From: Planctomycetota bacterium
Lineage (GTDB): Bacteria > Planctomycetota > UBA1135 > UBA2386
Length of the DNA stretch: 64,000 nucleotides
Direction: 5' to 3'
Assembly (NCBI GenBank): GCA_965223545.1
Contig: OZ245006.1
Span: 7,808,001-7,872,000 of the forward strand
Part shown: positions 18,771 through 28,528 of the stretch, piece by piece
Position numbering within the stretch: position 1 is the stretch's first letter
How the letters are laid out: each line of letters begins with the position of its first letter
Notes under the pieces: model-generated
What the model saw: the letters and a program-made list of their open reading frames with translations, nothing else
Databases searched by the model: none
What the model was told of the DNA's origin: nothing
Program-made: the position numbers and the translations under genes

Positions 18771-19973
18771 ATGGCAAGCGCAGAAGCAGTCCGGTTGGCG
18801 ATCGGCTACCAGAATGGTGGTCGCGGTGTGCCGGCGACGGTCACCGACAAGAAGATCTTCCGCTACACGAGCGAGTCGCTGGGCTCGACCGCGAACGCGC
18901 AAGAGAGCCCGGAGATGAACGACGGAGGGCAGCCGCAGACGGCGGTCCGCGAGTCGATCCAGAGCACCGGCGGCATCGATGGCGTGCTGCACGAGAGCGG
19001 GTGGGAGGAGAGCTTGGATGGTCTCCTCTACGCCGATCTGACGGGCAACAACTCGCTGAGCACCGGCCTCAACCCCGCCGTGCAGACCAACGTCGGGATC
19101 AACGGGAACAAGTACAACAAGACCGGCGGTTTCACGACGGCGAACGGCTTCACCAATGGTGGCTGGGTGCTGGCGAGTGGGTTCCCCGACGCCACGGCCA
19201 ACGGAATCGCGCGTGTCACGACCCGCACCGACAACGATCTGACCGTCGAGGGCCTCACGTTGCCGGCCTCGGTGACTGCGGCCGCGGGCCAGCACGTCGA
19301 GCCGGGTCAGCTCCTCATCCCCGATACCGTGCTCTCGTACTTCACGATCGAGCGCTACCACACCGACATCTCGACCGGCAACCCGTATATCCGGTTCATC
19401 GACGCCATCCCGACGTCGTTAGACGTCAACATGCCGACCACGGGGCCGATCACAGTCTCGTTCGGCTACATCACCGGCACGCCGAGTTTCGAGAGCACCG
19501 CTCTCGGGGGCACCTACAACGCTGCAAGCAGCAACGAAGCGTTCACCGGGGTGCAGAACGCGGTCGCGTGGTTCGAGGGTGGCGCCGGCAGCTACACCGG
19601 CATCCCCTGCCGCATCCAGGGCAGCTTCCGCATCACCAACGGTGCGCGCGCCGTGCAGTGCCAAGGCGAGTCGACGCCCTCGAGCTTCTCGCGCGGGTCC
19701 TTCAGTGCCACCGGGAACACCACGTTCCTGTTCGACGGCGACACCAGCATCCCGCAGAAGTTCCTGGACAACGAGCTGAGCGGGCTCGCGTTCAGCTTCG
19801 TCGAGAGCGCTGGCACGAAGGGAATGCTCTTCCATTTTCCTGCAACGCGCTACAGCTCGTACAGCGCGCCGGCGCGAGGCAAGGGCACCGACATCCAAGT
19901 CTCGATGGACTGGTCCGCTGAGCAGCCCGCCGGCGGCAGCTTCGTCGAGGTCTACTCGTTCGACGCGGCCTGA
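18771..19973 (+). CDS. Major tail tube protein with inserted domain
   Basis: FRYTSESL..S.E, YFTIER...D, S.F.ITN; synteny. Confidence 0.85.
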   Translation: MASAEAVRLAIGYQNGGRGVPATVTDKKIFRYTSESLGSTANAQESPEMNDGGQPQTAVRESIQSTGGIDGVLHESGWEESLDGLLYADLTGNNSLSTGLNPAVQTNVGINGNKYNKTGGFTTANGFTNGGWVLASGFPDATANGIARVTTRTDNDLTVEGLTLPASVTAAAGQHVEPGQLLIPDTVLSYFTIERYHTDISTGNPYIRFIDAIPTSLDVNMPTTGPITVSFGYITGTPSFESTALGGTYNAASSNEAFTGVQNAVAWFEGGAGSYTGIPCRIQGSFRITNGARAVQCQGESTPSSFSRGSFSATGNTTFLFDGDTSIPQKFLDNELSGLAFSFVESAGTKGMLFHFPATRYSSYSAPARGKGTDIQVSMDWSAEQPAGGSFVEVYSFDAA

Positions 19974-19999
19974 TCGAGGCCGGAAAGGGAGATAGCAGC

Positions 20000-20413
20000 A
20001 TGCCGAAGATCTCGGACTTGGCGCTCGATGTTGATCGAGCAACCGAAGGCGTCTGGGCGACGTACCCGTGGGATGACCGGGTGCGGGTCAAGTTGTCGCG
20101 GATCACGCATCCGGACTACGCGGAGAGGCTCGAGCAAGTGTGCGCTCCGCACCGCGATCCAGACGGGAACGTCCCCAAGGAGATGTACGAGCGCCTCTCC
20201 AGGCAGGCCATGGCGGTCTTGTTCCGTGAGTGGGAAGGCATTCTCGATGACGACGAGGAGCCGCTTCCCTGCACGCGAGAGAATGCTGAGCCGTTCATGG
20301 TCGAGGAGCGCCTCCGCCCGTTCGGCAACTGGGTCCGCAATGTCGTGATGGGCGTTGCGGCCTACACGCAAGCCTCCGCCAAGGCCGCGGCGGGAAACTC
20401 GTCAGCTTCCTGA
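20000..20413 (+). CDS. Tail assembly chaperone (gpG-like)
   Basis: Between tube and TMP; EGVW, WEG; slippery site at the 3' end. Confidence 0.85.
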   Translation: MPKISDLALDVDRATEGVWATYPWDDRVRVKLSRITHPDYAERLEQVCAPHRDPDGNVPKEMYERLSRQAMAVLFREWEGILDDDEEPLPCTRENAEPFMVEERLRPFGNWVRNVVMGVAAYTQASAKAAAGNSSAS

Positions 20414-20811
20414 GGTGGCGCCAGGAGCACGGAGACCAATGGCTGGACGAGGACGGCAACTGGACCAAGGCGCTGCGGGCAGCGATCGCAGCCGGGACGC
20501 CACCAGAGGATTGGACCAACCGGCCGGAGATCAAGACCGAGTGGGTGCCACTTCTCCATCTGTGGTTGGACTGCGACGCGACCCGGACCTACTGCACGGT
20601 GACGGGGCGTCCGCATCGGGTCCGTATGTCGGAGGCGCTTGCTGGATGCGAGCTGCATGGTCTTCGCCGACGGTGGTGGTACTGGACCGCGATCTGCGAG
20701 GTCGACGTCCAGATGCTCCGGGACCGCAAACCGAAGGAGAAGGGCCTCAACCCGCCGACCGATGACGGAATAGTCATCCGCGGCGCGCCCGAGAGCGATG
20801 CCGACCGTTGA
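20392..20811 (+). CDS. -1 frameshift extension of the tail chaperone (gpGT-like)
   Basis: G GGA AAC at 20392-20398; the -1 frame is open (KLVSFLRWRQ...PLLHLWLDC...) to 20811. Confidence 0.8.
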   Translation, partial: GKLVSFLRWRQEHGDQWLDEDGNWTKALRAAIAAGTPPEDWTNRPEIKTEWVPLLHLWLDCDATRTYCTVTGRPHRVRMSEALAGCELHGLRRRWWYWTAICEVDVQMLRDRKPKEKGLNPPTDDGIVIRGAPESDADR

Positions 20812-23503
20812 ACAGCTGCGACTCGACATTGACGCGCGGGGTGCGCGGCAAGGTGGGCGTCAGGCTGAGCAGGCGACGGATCGCGTAGCGGCGAGCGCGA
20901 AGCGGGCCGATCGCGCGATCAACAAGTTCGACGGTGAGCTGCGGACGATGGGGCGGACGACGCGTTCGCTGCTTGGTCCGCTGTTGGGGCTGGGTGGTGC
21001 GTTCACGGGGATCGCGGCGGCCCGGCAGGGGATCAGCACGATCGCGGGCTTTGAGCGATCGATGGCGCAGCTGCAGGGCGTTGCGACTGCGTCGGCCGGA
21101 TCGCTGGCCGAGGCCCAAGCGCAGATGGTCGAGCTCGAGGATGCTGCCCGCAACCTCGGCGCCACGACCGAGTTCTCGGCGAGCCAGGCGGCCGAAGGCT
21201 TGCTCTTCCTGTCTCGCGCAGGGTTCACCGTCCAAGAGTCGCTGCAGGCGATCCAGCCCACCATCAACGCGGCGTTGGCCGGCCAGGTCGACTTCGCGCA
21301 GGCGGCCGACATTGTCTCGAACGTCATCAAGCAGTTCGAGCTGAACGCATCGAGCGCAACCAAGGTTGTCGACGACCTGGTCATCGTCAGCAACCGGTCG
21401 AACACGTCGTTTGCGCAGCTTGCGGATGCGCTTGTGGTCGCAGGGCCGATCGCGCAGCAACTCGGCATCTCGCTAGAGGAGACTGCGTCCGCGATCGGTG
21501 TACTTGGCGATGCCGGTATCCAGACGAGCCAGGCGGGCACGAACCTGCGGCAGATCATGCTCAACCTCATCGACCCGAGCGATGAGGCCCGGAAGACGAT
21601 CGAGGCGCTGGGGTTGTCGTTCGAGCAGATCGACCCGCGGCGAGTTGGTCTTGATGGGGCGTTTCAAGCGCTGGCTGCAGCTGGTCTCGATGCCGCCGCG
21701 GCCACGCAGGTGTTCGAGGCACGCAACGTCGCCGCCGCCGGTGTGCTCAAGAACTCCGTCGACCGGATGCGGGAGCTGGAGGAGGCGACTGGGCGGTTCC
21801 AGGGTGAGGCGCAGAAGGCGTCGGACCTGGTTGCCAACACGCTATCGGGGTCGTTCAAGTCGTTCCGGTCCTCTCTCGAGGAACTCATGCTCGTCCTCGG
21901 CGAGAGCGGTCTGGACTCGGCCCTCAAAGAGATCGTCGACTTCTCAACCGACGTAGTGCGCGCGTTGGCAGGGATGGAGGGTGGCGCGGAAGGGTTTGCG
22001 GATGGCGCTGAGACTGCAGCCTCTGCCGCGAAGGTCCTGGCTGTGGCCCTTGGAACGGCGGGGTTGGCGGGGTCTTTGTCGCTGGCCGCAGGGGCGGTGC
22101 GGGGGCTAGGCGCAGCAATGCGCGCGAACCCAATCGCGGCCGCACTCACTGTTGGGTTTGCAGCCGCCACCGCCGCTACGGAGCTGCTCACAAGCAAGTT
22201 GAGGGACCTGCGGAAAGAGCAGGAGCTGGTTAACCAGACCGCGGCCGAGTTTGCCAAGTTCAACCCTCAGCTGGAGGCTGAAGTCCTCTCGCCCATCCAA
22301 CGTGTCCCTGACAACTTCATCGTGCAAGACGCACGCGAGGCTGCGGAGATCTTCCAGGAGATGGGGGAGAGCTTTGACCAGGCGTTTCTGGAGGTCGCTC
22401 AGGGTGGACTCAAGTTCCAGAGGGAGCAGATCGAATCCGAGATCGCGCGGCTGCGATCCGTGGAAGCGAAGATCTTCGCGAACCGGGCAGCGCTCGGTGA
22501 TGACCCTGCGTCACAACAAGCGCGCGCTCAGGCGGATGCACTCCTCGCAACAGCAAGGAACGAGCAAGAGAGACTGAGTCTGCTAGCCAGAAACGAGGCC
22601 CGTGAGGAACGGGCGAAACTGTTGCTCGAGGGGTTTCTGAGAGACAAAGAGCTTGCAGAGCAGCTCCGTCGCCAGGCCGAGGAGGAGGCAGCCCGCGAAC
22701 GAGAGCATGCCGCCGAGGTTCGCCGTGTGGCGAACGTGCAAGCGGGAGATCAGCTTGCGGGAGAGTTCCTCCGCCCGTTTCAGGAAGAAGCCCGCATCCT
22801 TCGGGAAACAGGAGATGCGCGCCAACGCGTCGTCGCCCTGATCGAGCTGGAGAACCTGGCGCGCGAGTCGGGGATCAAGCTCGAGGAAGTTCTAGCGGGG
22901 AAGCGGCTGGATCGCGTGCTCGATGAGCAGCAATCGCTAGAGAATGAGATCCTCTCCCGGAGAGAGCTCGAGCTGACTTTCGGGGATGTTGGGGCGACGA
23001 TCGGCGAGGCCCTCGGCCGCGGCATCCTGGATGCGATCGAGGGTGGCGACCTCGAGGAGATCGGCCAGTCGATCCTGCGCCAGATTGCGCAGGGGGCTGC
23101 CGAGAACTTCGTGGTCAAGCCACTGGCAGGTCTCGGGAACGAGTTGTTCGGGGCCTTGGGGTCAGCGATCGGCACGGCTCTCGGCGGCCGCGTTGGATCA
23201 ACCCAGGCAACTGGCGCCACGGGCACTCAGGCAGCCAACAACCAGTTGAACCAGCTCGGTCTCCCGACCTACGCGCCGGCTCGTTTCGCCGCCCCCAGCG
23301 TCTTCGAGCCTCGGGTGCCTCTCCCGTTTTCCGGAGCCCCAACGTTTCCGGATGGCTCTCGCGTCGCTCCTGGCGCGTCAAGCCCGACCGGTCGCGGCAA
23401 TGCCCCAATCATCATCAACGTCCAGTCGACCGACCAGGCCGTTCGGACTGCGCGCCAGATGAACGAGCAGCGCAAGCGCGAGATCATGGGAAGGCGGCGC
23501 TAA
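20798..23503 (+). CDS. Tail tape measure protein (TP901 family)
   Basis: T.FSASQAAEG..FL..AG, G.SLEETA.AIG.L.DAGI..S.AGT.LR. Confidence 0.95.
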   Translation: MPTVEQLRLDIDARGARQGGRQAEQATDRVAASAKRADRAINKFDGELRTMGRTTRSLLGPLLGLGGAFTGIAAARQGISTIAGFERSMAQLQGVATASAGSLAEAQAQMVELEDAARNLGATTEFSASQAAEGLLFLSRAGFTVQESLQAIQPTINAALAGQVDFAQAADIVSNVIKQFELNASSATKVVDDLVIVSNRSNTSFAQLADALVVAGPIAQQLGISLEETASAIGVLGDAGIQTSQAGTNLRQIMLNLIDPSDEARKTIEALGLSFEQIDPRRVGLDGAFQALAAAGLDAAAATQVFEARNVAAAGVLKNSVDRMRELEEATGRFQGEAQKASDLVANTLSGSFKSFRSSLEELMLVLGESGLDSALKEIVDFSTDVVRALAGMEGGAEGFADGAETAASAAKVLAVALGTAGLAGSLSLAAGAVRGLGAAMRANPIAAALTVGFAAATAATELLTSKLRDLRKEQELVNQTAAEFAKFNPQLEAEVLSPIQRVPDNFIVQDAREAAEIFQEMGESFDQAFLEVAQGGLKFQREQIESEIARLRSVEAKIFANRAALGDDPASQQARAQADALLATARNEQERLSLLARNEAREERAKLLLEGFLRDKELAEQLRRQAEEEAAREREHAAEVRRVANVQAGDQLAGEFLRPFQEEARILRETGDARQRVVALIELENLARESGIKLEEVLAGKRLDRVLDEQQSLENEILSRRELELTFGDVGATIGEALGRGILDAIEGGDLEEIGQSILRQIAQGAAENFVVKPLAGLGNELFGALGSAIGTALGGRVGSTQATGATGTQAANNQLNQLGLPTYAPARFAAPSVFEPRVPLPFSGAPTFPDGSRVAPGASSPTGRGNAPIIINVQSTDQAVRTARQMNEQRKREIMGRRR

Positions 23504-24526
23504 ATGGCGTTCCGCGAGACGCTGTTCCCCACGTCGATCTCATGGGGTAGCTCCGGCGGTCCTGGCTACCGCGCCGACGCCCAGGAGTGGCACAACGGCG
23601 GAGGCCTGCAGCGCTCGCTCAACCAGCTGCCGCTGCGAGTCTGGAACGTCCAGCATCGACTGACCACGGCGGTCAGGGCCTCGGCGTTGCTGGACTTCTA
23701 CCGAGCTCGAGGCGGCCCTGCCGACGGGTTCCGTTTCGAGGACTGGACCGACTACTCGACCGATTCGAAGCACAGCGTTGTCCCGACGCTGGCGAGCCTG
23801 GCCGACACGCGCAACCTGCACCTCCTCGGCTGCGGTGACGGGATTGGTGCGATCACTTTCCAGGCACGCAAGCACTACCGCCGCAACGGCTACGTCCGCA
23901 GCCGCCCGATCCAGAAGCTCAAGCTGCCGGGTGACCCCAAGGCTTGGCTCAGGGTCTACGCGCTCGTCGGGCTCTCGCTCATTGAGCTGTTCGAGGGGCC
24001 GGGCTACAGCGTCAACCGGAGCACTGGCCAGATCACGATCCCGGCGGCCATCCCCCGGGGCACGCAGGTGCTGTGGTCGGGGACCTTCGACGTCGCGGCG
24101 CAGTTCGACCCGACCGTGACGGAGCAGTTCCTTCAGCAGCAGGTCGACTACATCCGCAACGCGGGCGACGAGGAGGGCGTCTACGCCATGGCTCCTGTCG
24201 TCGTCCGAGAGATCGCCAACGGCATCGAAGACGCTGAGCCACGGTTCGCTGGCCGGCACGCGGACGTGTCGTTCGGCATCGACTACCAGCTGTCGTTCGG
24301 GCCCGGCGCGTCGCAGAGCCTGACCGCAACCGCGGGCGGGTTGACCGCCTACCTTCCGAAGCGCGACGGCGTGCCCGAGGGCGGCCCAATCATGTGGCTG
24401 CACAACGCCGGCTCAAACACGTTCCGGCTGGCTGACTTCGACAACAACACCGTGGTCAGCTCGTTCGCCGCAGGCGAGACGGTTCGGCTCTACACGCGAG
24501 ATGAGGCGGGTTGGCTGGGGGTGTGA
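23504..24526 (+). CDS. Distal tail protein, DUF2460 family (paralog 1)
   Basis: F.ETLFP..ISWGSSGGP, FY.AR.G...GFRF.DW.D. Confidence 0.85.
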   Translation: MAFRETLFPTSISWGSSGGPGYRADAQEWHNGGGLQRSLNQLPLRVWNVQHRLTTAVRASALLDFYRARGGPADGFRFEDWTDYSTDSKHSVVPTLASLADTRNLHLLGCGDGIGAITFQARKHYRRNGYVRSRPIQKLKLPGDPKAWLRVYALVGLSLIELFEGPGYSVNRSTGQITIPAAIPRGTQVLWSGTFDVAAQFDPTVTEQFLQQQVDYIRNAGDEEGVYAMAPVVVREIANGIEDAEPRFAGRHADVSFGIDYQLSFGPGASQSLTATAGGLTAYLPKRDGVPEGGPIMWLHNAGSNTFRLADFDNNTVVSSFAAGETVRLYTRDEAGWLGV

Positions 24527-24705
24527 GTGCCCCATGCCATGGGGAATCTCGAACTTTCTCGATCGCGCAAGCGCCGGTGCTGTCGAGGTTTGCGCCCTGA
24601 GATGCCCGTGCTGTCGTCGCGTCCGCGCTCGGGCTGAGTCAACTCGGCCTAGAATCTAGACGATGCTGACGAACCGGGTGTCCCCGCGCCCGGGGGGGGT
24701 GCGCC

Positions 24706-25227
24706 ATGACATCCGTGCTCGAGGTTGCAAAGTACGTACAGGCAAGGGTTGGTTCTGACTCCAACACGCTGAAGGTCCAGAAGCTGTGCTACTACGCGCA
24801 GGCGTGGCATCTTGCGTGGACGGGGACGCCCTTGTTCGCGGAGCGGATCGAGGCGTGGAGGCTCGGGCCGGTGTGCCCGATCCTCTACGACGCTCAGTAC
24901 CACCAGCAAGAAAAGTTGGTGGGCGAGGGCAAGTTGTCCGAGAAGCAGCGGTTGGTAGTCGACCAAGTGCTGGAGGCTTACGGCAACAAGTCTCCCGGCG
25001 AGCTGTCGGAGCTGACGCATCGGGAGGATCCGTGGCGTGATGCGCGTGGCGACGTGAGTCCCGAGGCGCGGACGAACACCGAGATCTCCCAGGCCGCGAT
25101 GCAGAGCTACTTCTCGGACCAGAAGCTAGCCAGGAGCGAGGAGGAGTGGTCTTCGGATCAATCCTTCGAGGACTTGGCGCGCTCTCTGGCCCGTCAGTAC
25201 TCCAGTCTGCTGCATCGGTTGGCGTGA
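24706..25227 (+). CDS. Panacea (DUF4065/SocA-like) antitoxin
   Basis: LKVQKLCYYAQAWHL, LF.E.IEAW..GPV, L..LTH.E.PW. Confidence 0.9.
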   Translation: MTSVLEVAKYVQARVGSDSNTLKVQKLCYYAQAWHLAWTGTPLFAERIEAWRLGPVCPILYDAQYHQQEKLVGEGKLSEKQRLVVDQVLEAYGNKSPGELSELTHREDPWRDARGDVSPEARTNTEISQAAMQSYFSDQKLARSEEEWSSDQSFEDLARSLARQYSSLLHRLA

Positions 25228-25616
25228 CTACCTGGCTGCCGAGCCAAGATGAGGTCCTCTTCTTGCATCGCCTCGCCCTGGAGAATGGCGGGGGGCAGTC
25301 AGGGGTTCGTGACGAAGCAGCCCTCAAATCTTGCATTGCGCAGCCATCCGGCAGTTTCGCCGGGCGCGACTTGTACGAGGGCACGGTTGCCAAGGTCGTG
25401 CAGCTGGGCTTCCTGATCATCCAGAACCACCCGTTTTTCGATGGCAACAAGCGGACCGGACACATGGCGTTGGTAACGACGTTGGCCGCGAACGGCTGGT
25501 TCCTCCTGGCTACTGACGACGAGCTCCATGACGAGATCATCAGAGTGGCGGAGGGGCGCTCGACTCGCGATCAGTTCCTCGAACGTGTCCGCTACTGGGC
25601 CCAGAGAAGGGTCTAG
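25224..25616 (+). CDS. Fic/Doc family toxin
   Basis: HPFFDGNKRTG, GVRD...L.S; GTGA coupling to the antitoxin gene. Confidence 0.9.
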   Translation: MTTWLPSQDEVLFLHRLALENGGGQSGVRDEAALKSCIAQPSGSFAGRDLYEGTVAKVVQLGFLIIQNHPFFDGNKRTGHMALVTTLAANGWFLLATDDELHDEIIRVAEGRSTRDQFLERVRYWAQRRV

Positions 25617-25753
25617 CCAAGCCCTTCGGGGTGGCGCCCACCTCCCGGCAAGGATAGCCTGACATTCGGAGATAGCTGGGCGCCCGCCGAGACCGCGGTG
25701 CGCACACGCACGACAAGATCAGAACTCGGTAGCTGGGCCCCGGAGCGGTGCTG

Positions 25754-26836
25754 ATGGGGTTCCAGCACCGCAACACGTTCCAGCGCTGCTCGGGCTTCGG
25801 CACGTCAACAGGACCGCGACACTCGGTCATCACCGCCGTTGCGGACAGCGGCCGCGTTGTGCGCAAAGGCCAATGGACCGCGAACCAGACCCGCCTCTCG
25901 ATCGACCTCGACCTGTCCGGCATGGCGCGCGACACGATCGCCGACGTGCTGTCGCAGTTGCACGTCGCACGCGGCCCGGCATTCGGATTTCCCGTGCGGG
26001 ACTGGGCGGACTGGTCGACCCACCCGAATCACGACAGCGCGCCAAATCCCGCCGACCCCACACACTGGACCTTCATCGGCCTCGGCAACGGTGCCCTGGA
26101 CCGCTTCCCGGTCTACAAAGCGTACGGCACCGGCACTGCGACCCTTCCAAACCTGACCGAGGACCGATTCCGCCGCATCAGCAAGATCATCCCGCCTGGC
26201 GAGGACGACCACCTGATGGCGGTCTCTGTCTACACGACCGACGTTGTCGCTGGGCAGCTCACCGAGGGCACGCACTACTCCGTTGACTACGACCAAGGAT
26301 TCGTCCGCTTCGCGACTCCCCCAGCGCCAAACCTGCTGGTGGGGGCGTGCTTCGCGTTCTACACGCCGGCGCGCTTCAGCACCGAGACCGCCGGCGGCAT
26401 GGAGATCACGTACAGCGGCCCCGACGAGGCCAGCGTCGACAACGGTCGCCTGAACGAGTGCAGCCTCCAGTCCCCGGGCGAGTGGCACGACGAGTGGGAC
26501 GCTGGCGGTTGGCGTGACGTGACCGTGACGCAGGGGTCACCGCACCAGATCAAGTTCGAGGACGGCCTGTTCCAGGAGTTCTCGGGGCACAGCGCGGGCC
26601 AGGAGTTGCGGTTGCCTGATGCCCGCGACCTGACCCACAGCTACCAGGGAACGGACTGGACAACGCCAGGCGGCCCGTACTTCCTCCTGCACAACAAGGG
26701 GCCGAACAACCCTGTGCTGCGCGAGGTCGGCGGCGGCAACCTGCTGACGCAAGGATCGATCACGATGACCTTGGGTCGCGTGCTCGAGGTCCACCTCATC
26801 GACGGCACGACTCGGCAGGGGTGGTTGGCGCTGTGA
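25754..26836 (+). CDS. Distal tail protein, DUF2460 family (paralog 2)
   Basis: GFGTSTGP, ARGPAFGFPVRDWADW, G.GNG...F...K.Y, F.TPARF. Confidence 0.8.
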   Translation: MGFQHRNTFQRCSGFGTSTGPRHSVITAVADSGRVVRKGQWTANQTRLSIDLDLSGMARDTIADVLSQLHVARGPAFGFPVRDWADWSTHPNHDSAPNPADPTHWTFIGLGNGALDRFPVYKAYGTGTATLPNLTEDRFRRISKIIPPGEDDHLMAVSVYTTDVVAGQLTEGTHYSVDYDQGFVRFATPPAPNLLVGACFAFYTPARFSTETAGGMEITYSGPDEASVDNGRLNECSLQSPGEWHDEWDAGGWRDVTVTQGSPHQIKFEDGLFQEFSGHSAGQELRLPDARDLTHSYQGTDWTTPGGPYFLLHNKGPNNPVLREVGGGNLLTQGSITMTLGRVLEVHLIDGTTRQGWLAL

Positions 26837-27243
26837 GCGTTCCAGCAACATCGCCCTTCGCCCGCGGGCAGAAGGTAACCGCCCCCGAGCAGCACTGGGG
26901 CAGAGTCACCTGGCTGACGGTGGACGGGGGCGGCACGCACTACTGGCACCCTGAGCACGCGCGGCACTGGCACATCCAGATCCTCCCGGTCGTGGCGGCG
27001 GACGAAGTGTTGCTGTTGCCCTACTTCGCCAAGGCGCTGGAAGAGGGCTATGTCGGCACGATCAGCAACGACGTCAACTCAGCGCGTCGGCTGCGCATCC
27101 GTAATGCGTTCGGCGCGGCGTTGCCGAACAACCTGATCCCGATCGGGTGGCATGCGGACATCTTCCTCACCGACAACTCCACTGATCTCGGTAGTTGGCG
27201 CATCGACGTCTGGAACTCGGCAAGCCGGGTGGCGAGGTCCTGA
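26833..27243 (+). CDS. Tail-tip accessory protein
   Basis: Resembles the C-terminal extensions of both DUF2460 proteins. Confidence 0.55.
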   Translation: MSVPATSPFARGQKVTAPEQHWGRVTWLTVDGGGTHYWHPEHARHWHIQILPVVAADEVLLLPYFAKALEEGYVGTISNDVNSARRLRIRNAFGAALPNNLIPIGWHADIFLTDNSTDLGSWRIDVWNSASRVARS

Positions 27244-28124
27244 TGGCGTTTCGCAACGGATCGACGGTGTCTGCGCCGACGCGCACGATGCAGGTGGCGC
27301 GGCTCTTTCGCGTGATCCGCACGGACGGGCAGGAGCACTTGCTGACCGACCACGATCGGCCGGTGCGGTACCGGGGCCGGAAGTACGAGCCGGAACCGGG
27401 AGTCAACGCGCACCCGATTCGAAACGAGTCGGGTTTGCGCCCGCGAACAAGCCGGATTGGCATCCTGATCGACCAGGAGACCGGGGTCGGGCCGACATTC
27501 GACGACGTACGCAACGGGCGGCTCGATGCGGCCACCATCCACGAGAGCTGGGTTGACTGGCGCTTTCCGGATGGTGGGGGGCGTTGGTTCGGGATCTGGC
27601 AGGTGCGAGATCCGGAGCCGGGTGAGCTGGAGTGGCAGGCGGACCTGGTGCGCTGGACAGAGCTACTCGATCGCAAGATCGGCACCGTCATCGAGCCGAA
27701 CTGCGGCAACGAGCTCGGCGTCAACGACGGCGTGCGATCGTTTTGCGGCCTCGATCTCGCACCGTTCACGAAGCCGAACGTTCAAGTCACGCAGGTCACC
27801 AACCGGCGCGTGTTCACGCTCTTCGCCGCCACGGGGTCGATACACGTCGCCGACTACTACGCCGAGGGACGAGTCACTTGGCTGACCGGCCCCAACGCGG
27901 GCAGCAAGGAGAAGATCGCGGCCAGCAGCGCCAACTTCGGAGGTTTCGTGACCATCACTCTCGCGATCCCGGCCGAGGAGCTGCCGCAGACTGGGGATCG
28001 CGTCGATCTGATCGCCGGCTGCAACCACAGCCCCGATCACTGCCAGAACAAGTTCGACGCCTACCACCTCTACTTCCGCGGTCACCCATACGTCCCTGGC
28101 ACGGACAAGCTCATCAACCCATGA
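27243..28124 (+). CDS. Baseplate hub protein, DUF2163/BR0599 family
   Basis: R.DG....TDHDR, C...LG...C..DL, G...WLTGPNAG, AGC.H...C..KF, FRG.PYVPG.D. Confidence 0.9.
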   Translation: MAFRNGSTVSAPTRTMQVARLFRVIRTDGQEHLLTDHDRPVRYRGRKYEPEPGVNAHPIRNESGLRPRTSRIGILIDQETGVGPTFDDVRNGRLDAATIHESWVDWRFPDGGGRWFGIWQVRDPEPGELEWQADLVRWTELLDRKIGTVIEPNCGNELGVNDGVRSFCGLDLAPFTKPNVQVTQVTNRRVFTLFAATGSIHVADYYAEGRVTWLTGPNAGSKEKIAASSANFGGFVTITLAIPAEELPQTGDRVDLIAGCNHSPDHCQNKFDAYHLYFRGHPYVPGTDKLINP

Positions 28125-28528
28125 CGCTCGCCGACAGGTTCGCTGCAGAGGCCGAGGCCCTGGTCGGGATCCGCTACGTTCACCAGGGCCGGAATCCGCG
28201 CGTCGGCCTCGACTGCGCGGGCGTTGTACGCGTGGCCGCGCAACGTGTCGGGCTCGTGCTGAGCGATTTCCTCGGCTACAGCAAGCGGCCTCGGTGGCGT
28301 GACCTCGAGCGCGTGCTGGTGGCGAACTTCGGCAAGTCGGTCGCTAGGCGGCCGCGGAGGGGCGACATCGTTCCGCTGCGCTGGGAGGCGTGGCCGGAGC
28401 CGAATCATCTTGGCGTTGTGATCGATGGGCAACGGTTCGTGACGTCTGAGCGCGAGATGCGGCATGTCTACATCGCCAAGCTCGCGAACTGGGAGGGGCG
28501 GGTGATGCCTGCCTACGAGGTGGCCTGA
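28121..28528 (+). CDS. NlpC/P60 peptidase (tail-associated)
   Basis: Y.HQGR...GLDCAG, GD, HLG. Confidence 0.85.
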   Translation: MTLADRFAAEAEALVGIRYVHQGRNPRVGLDCAGVVRVAAQRVGLVLSDFLGYSKRPRWRDLERVLVANFGKSVARRPRRGDIVPLRWEAWPEPNHLGVVIDGQRFVTSEREMRHVYIAKLANWEGRVMPAYEVA

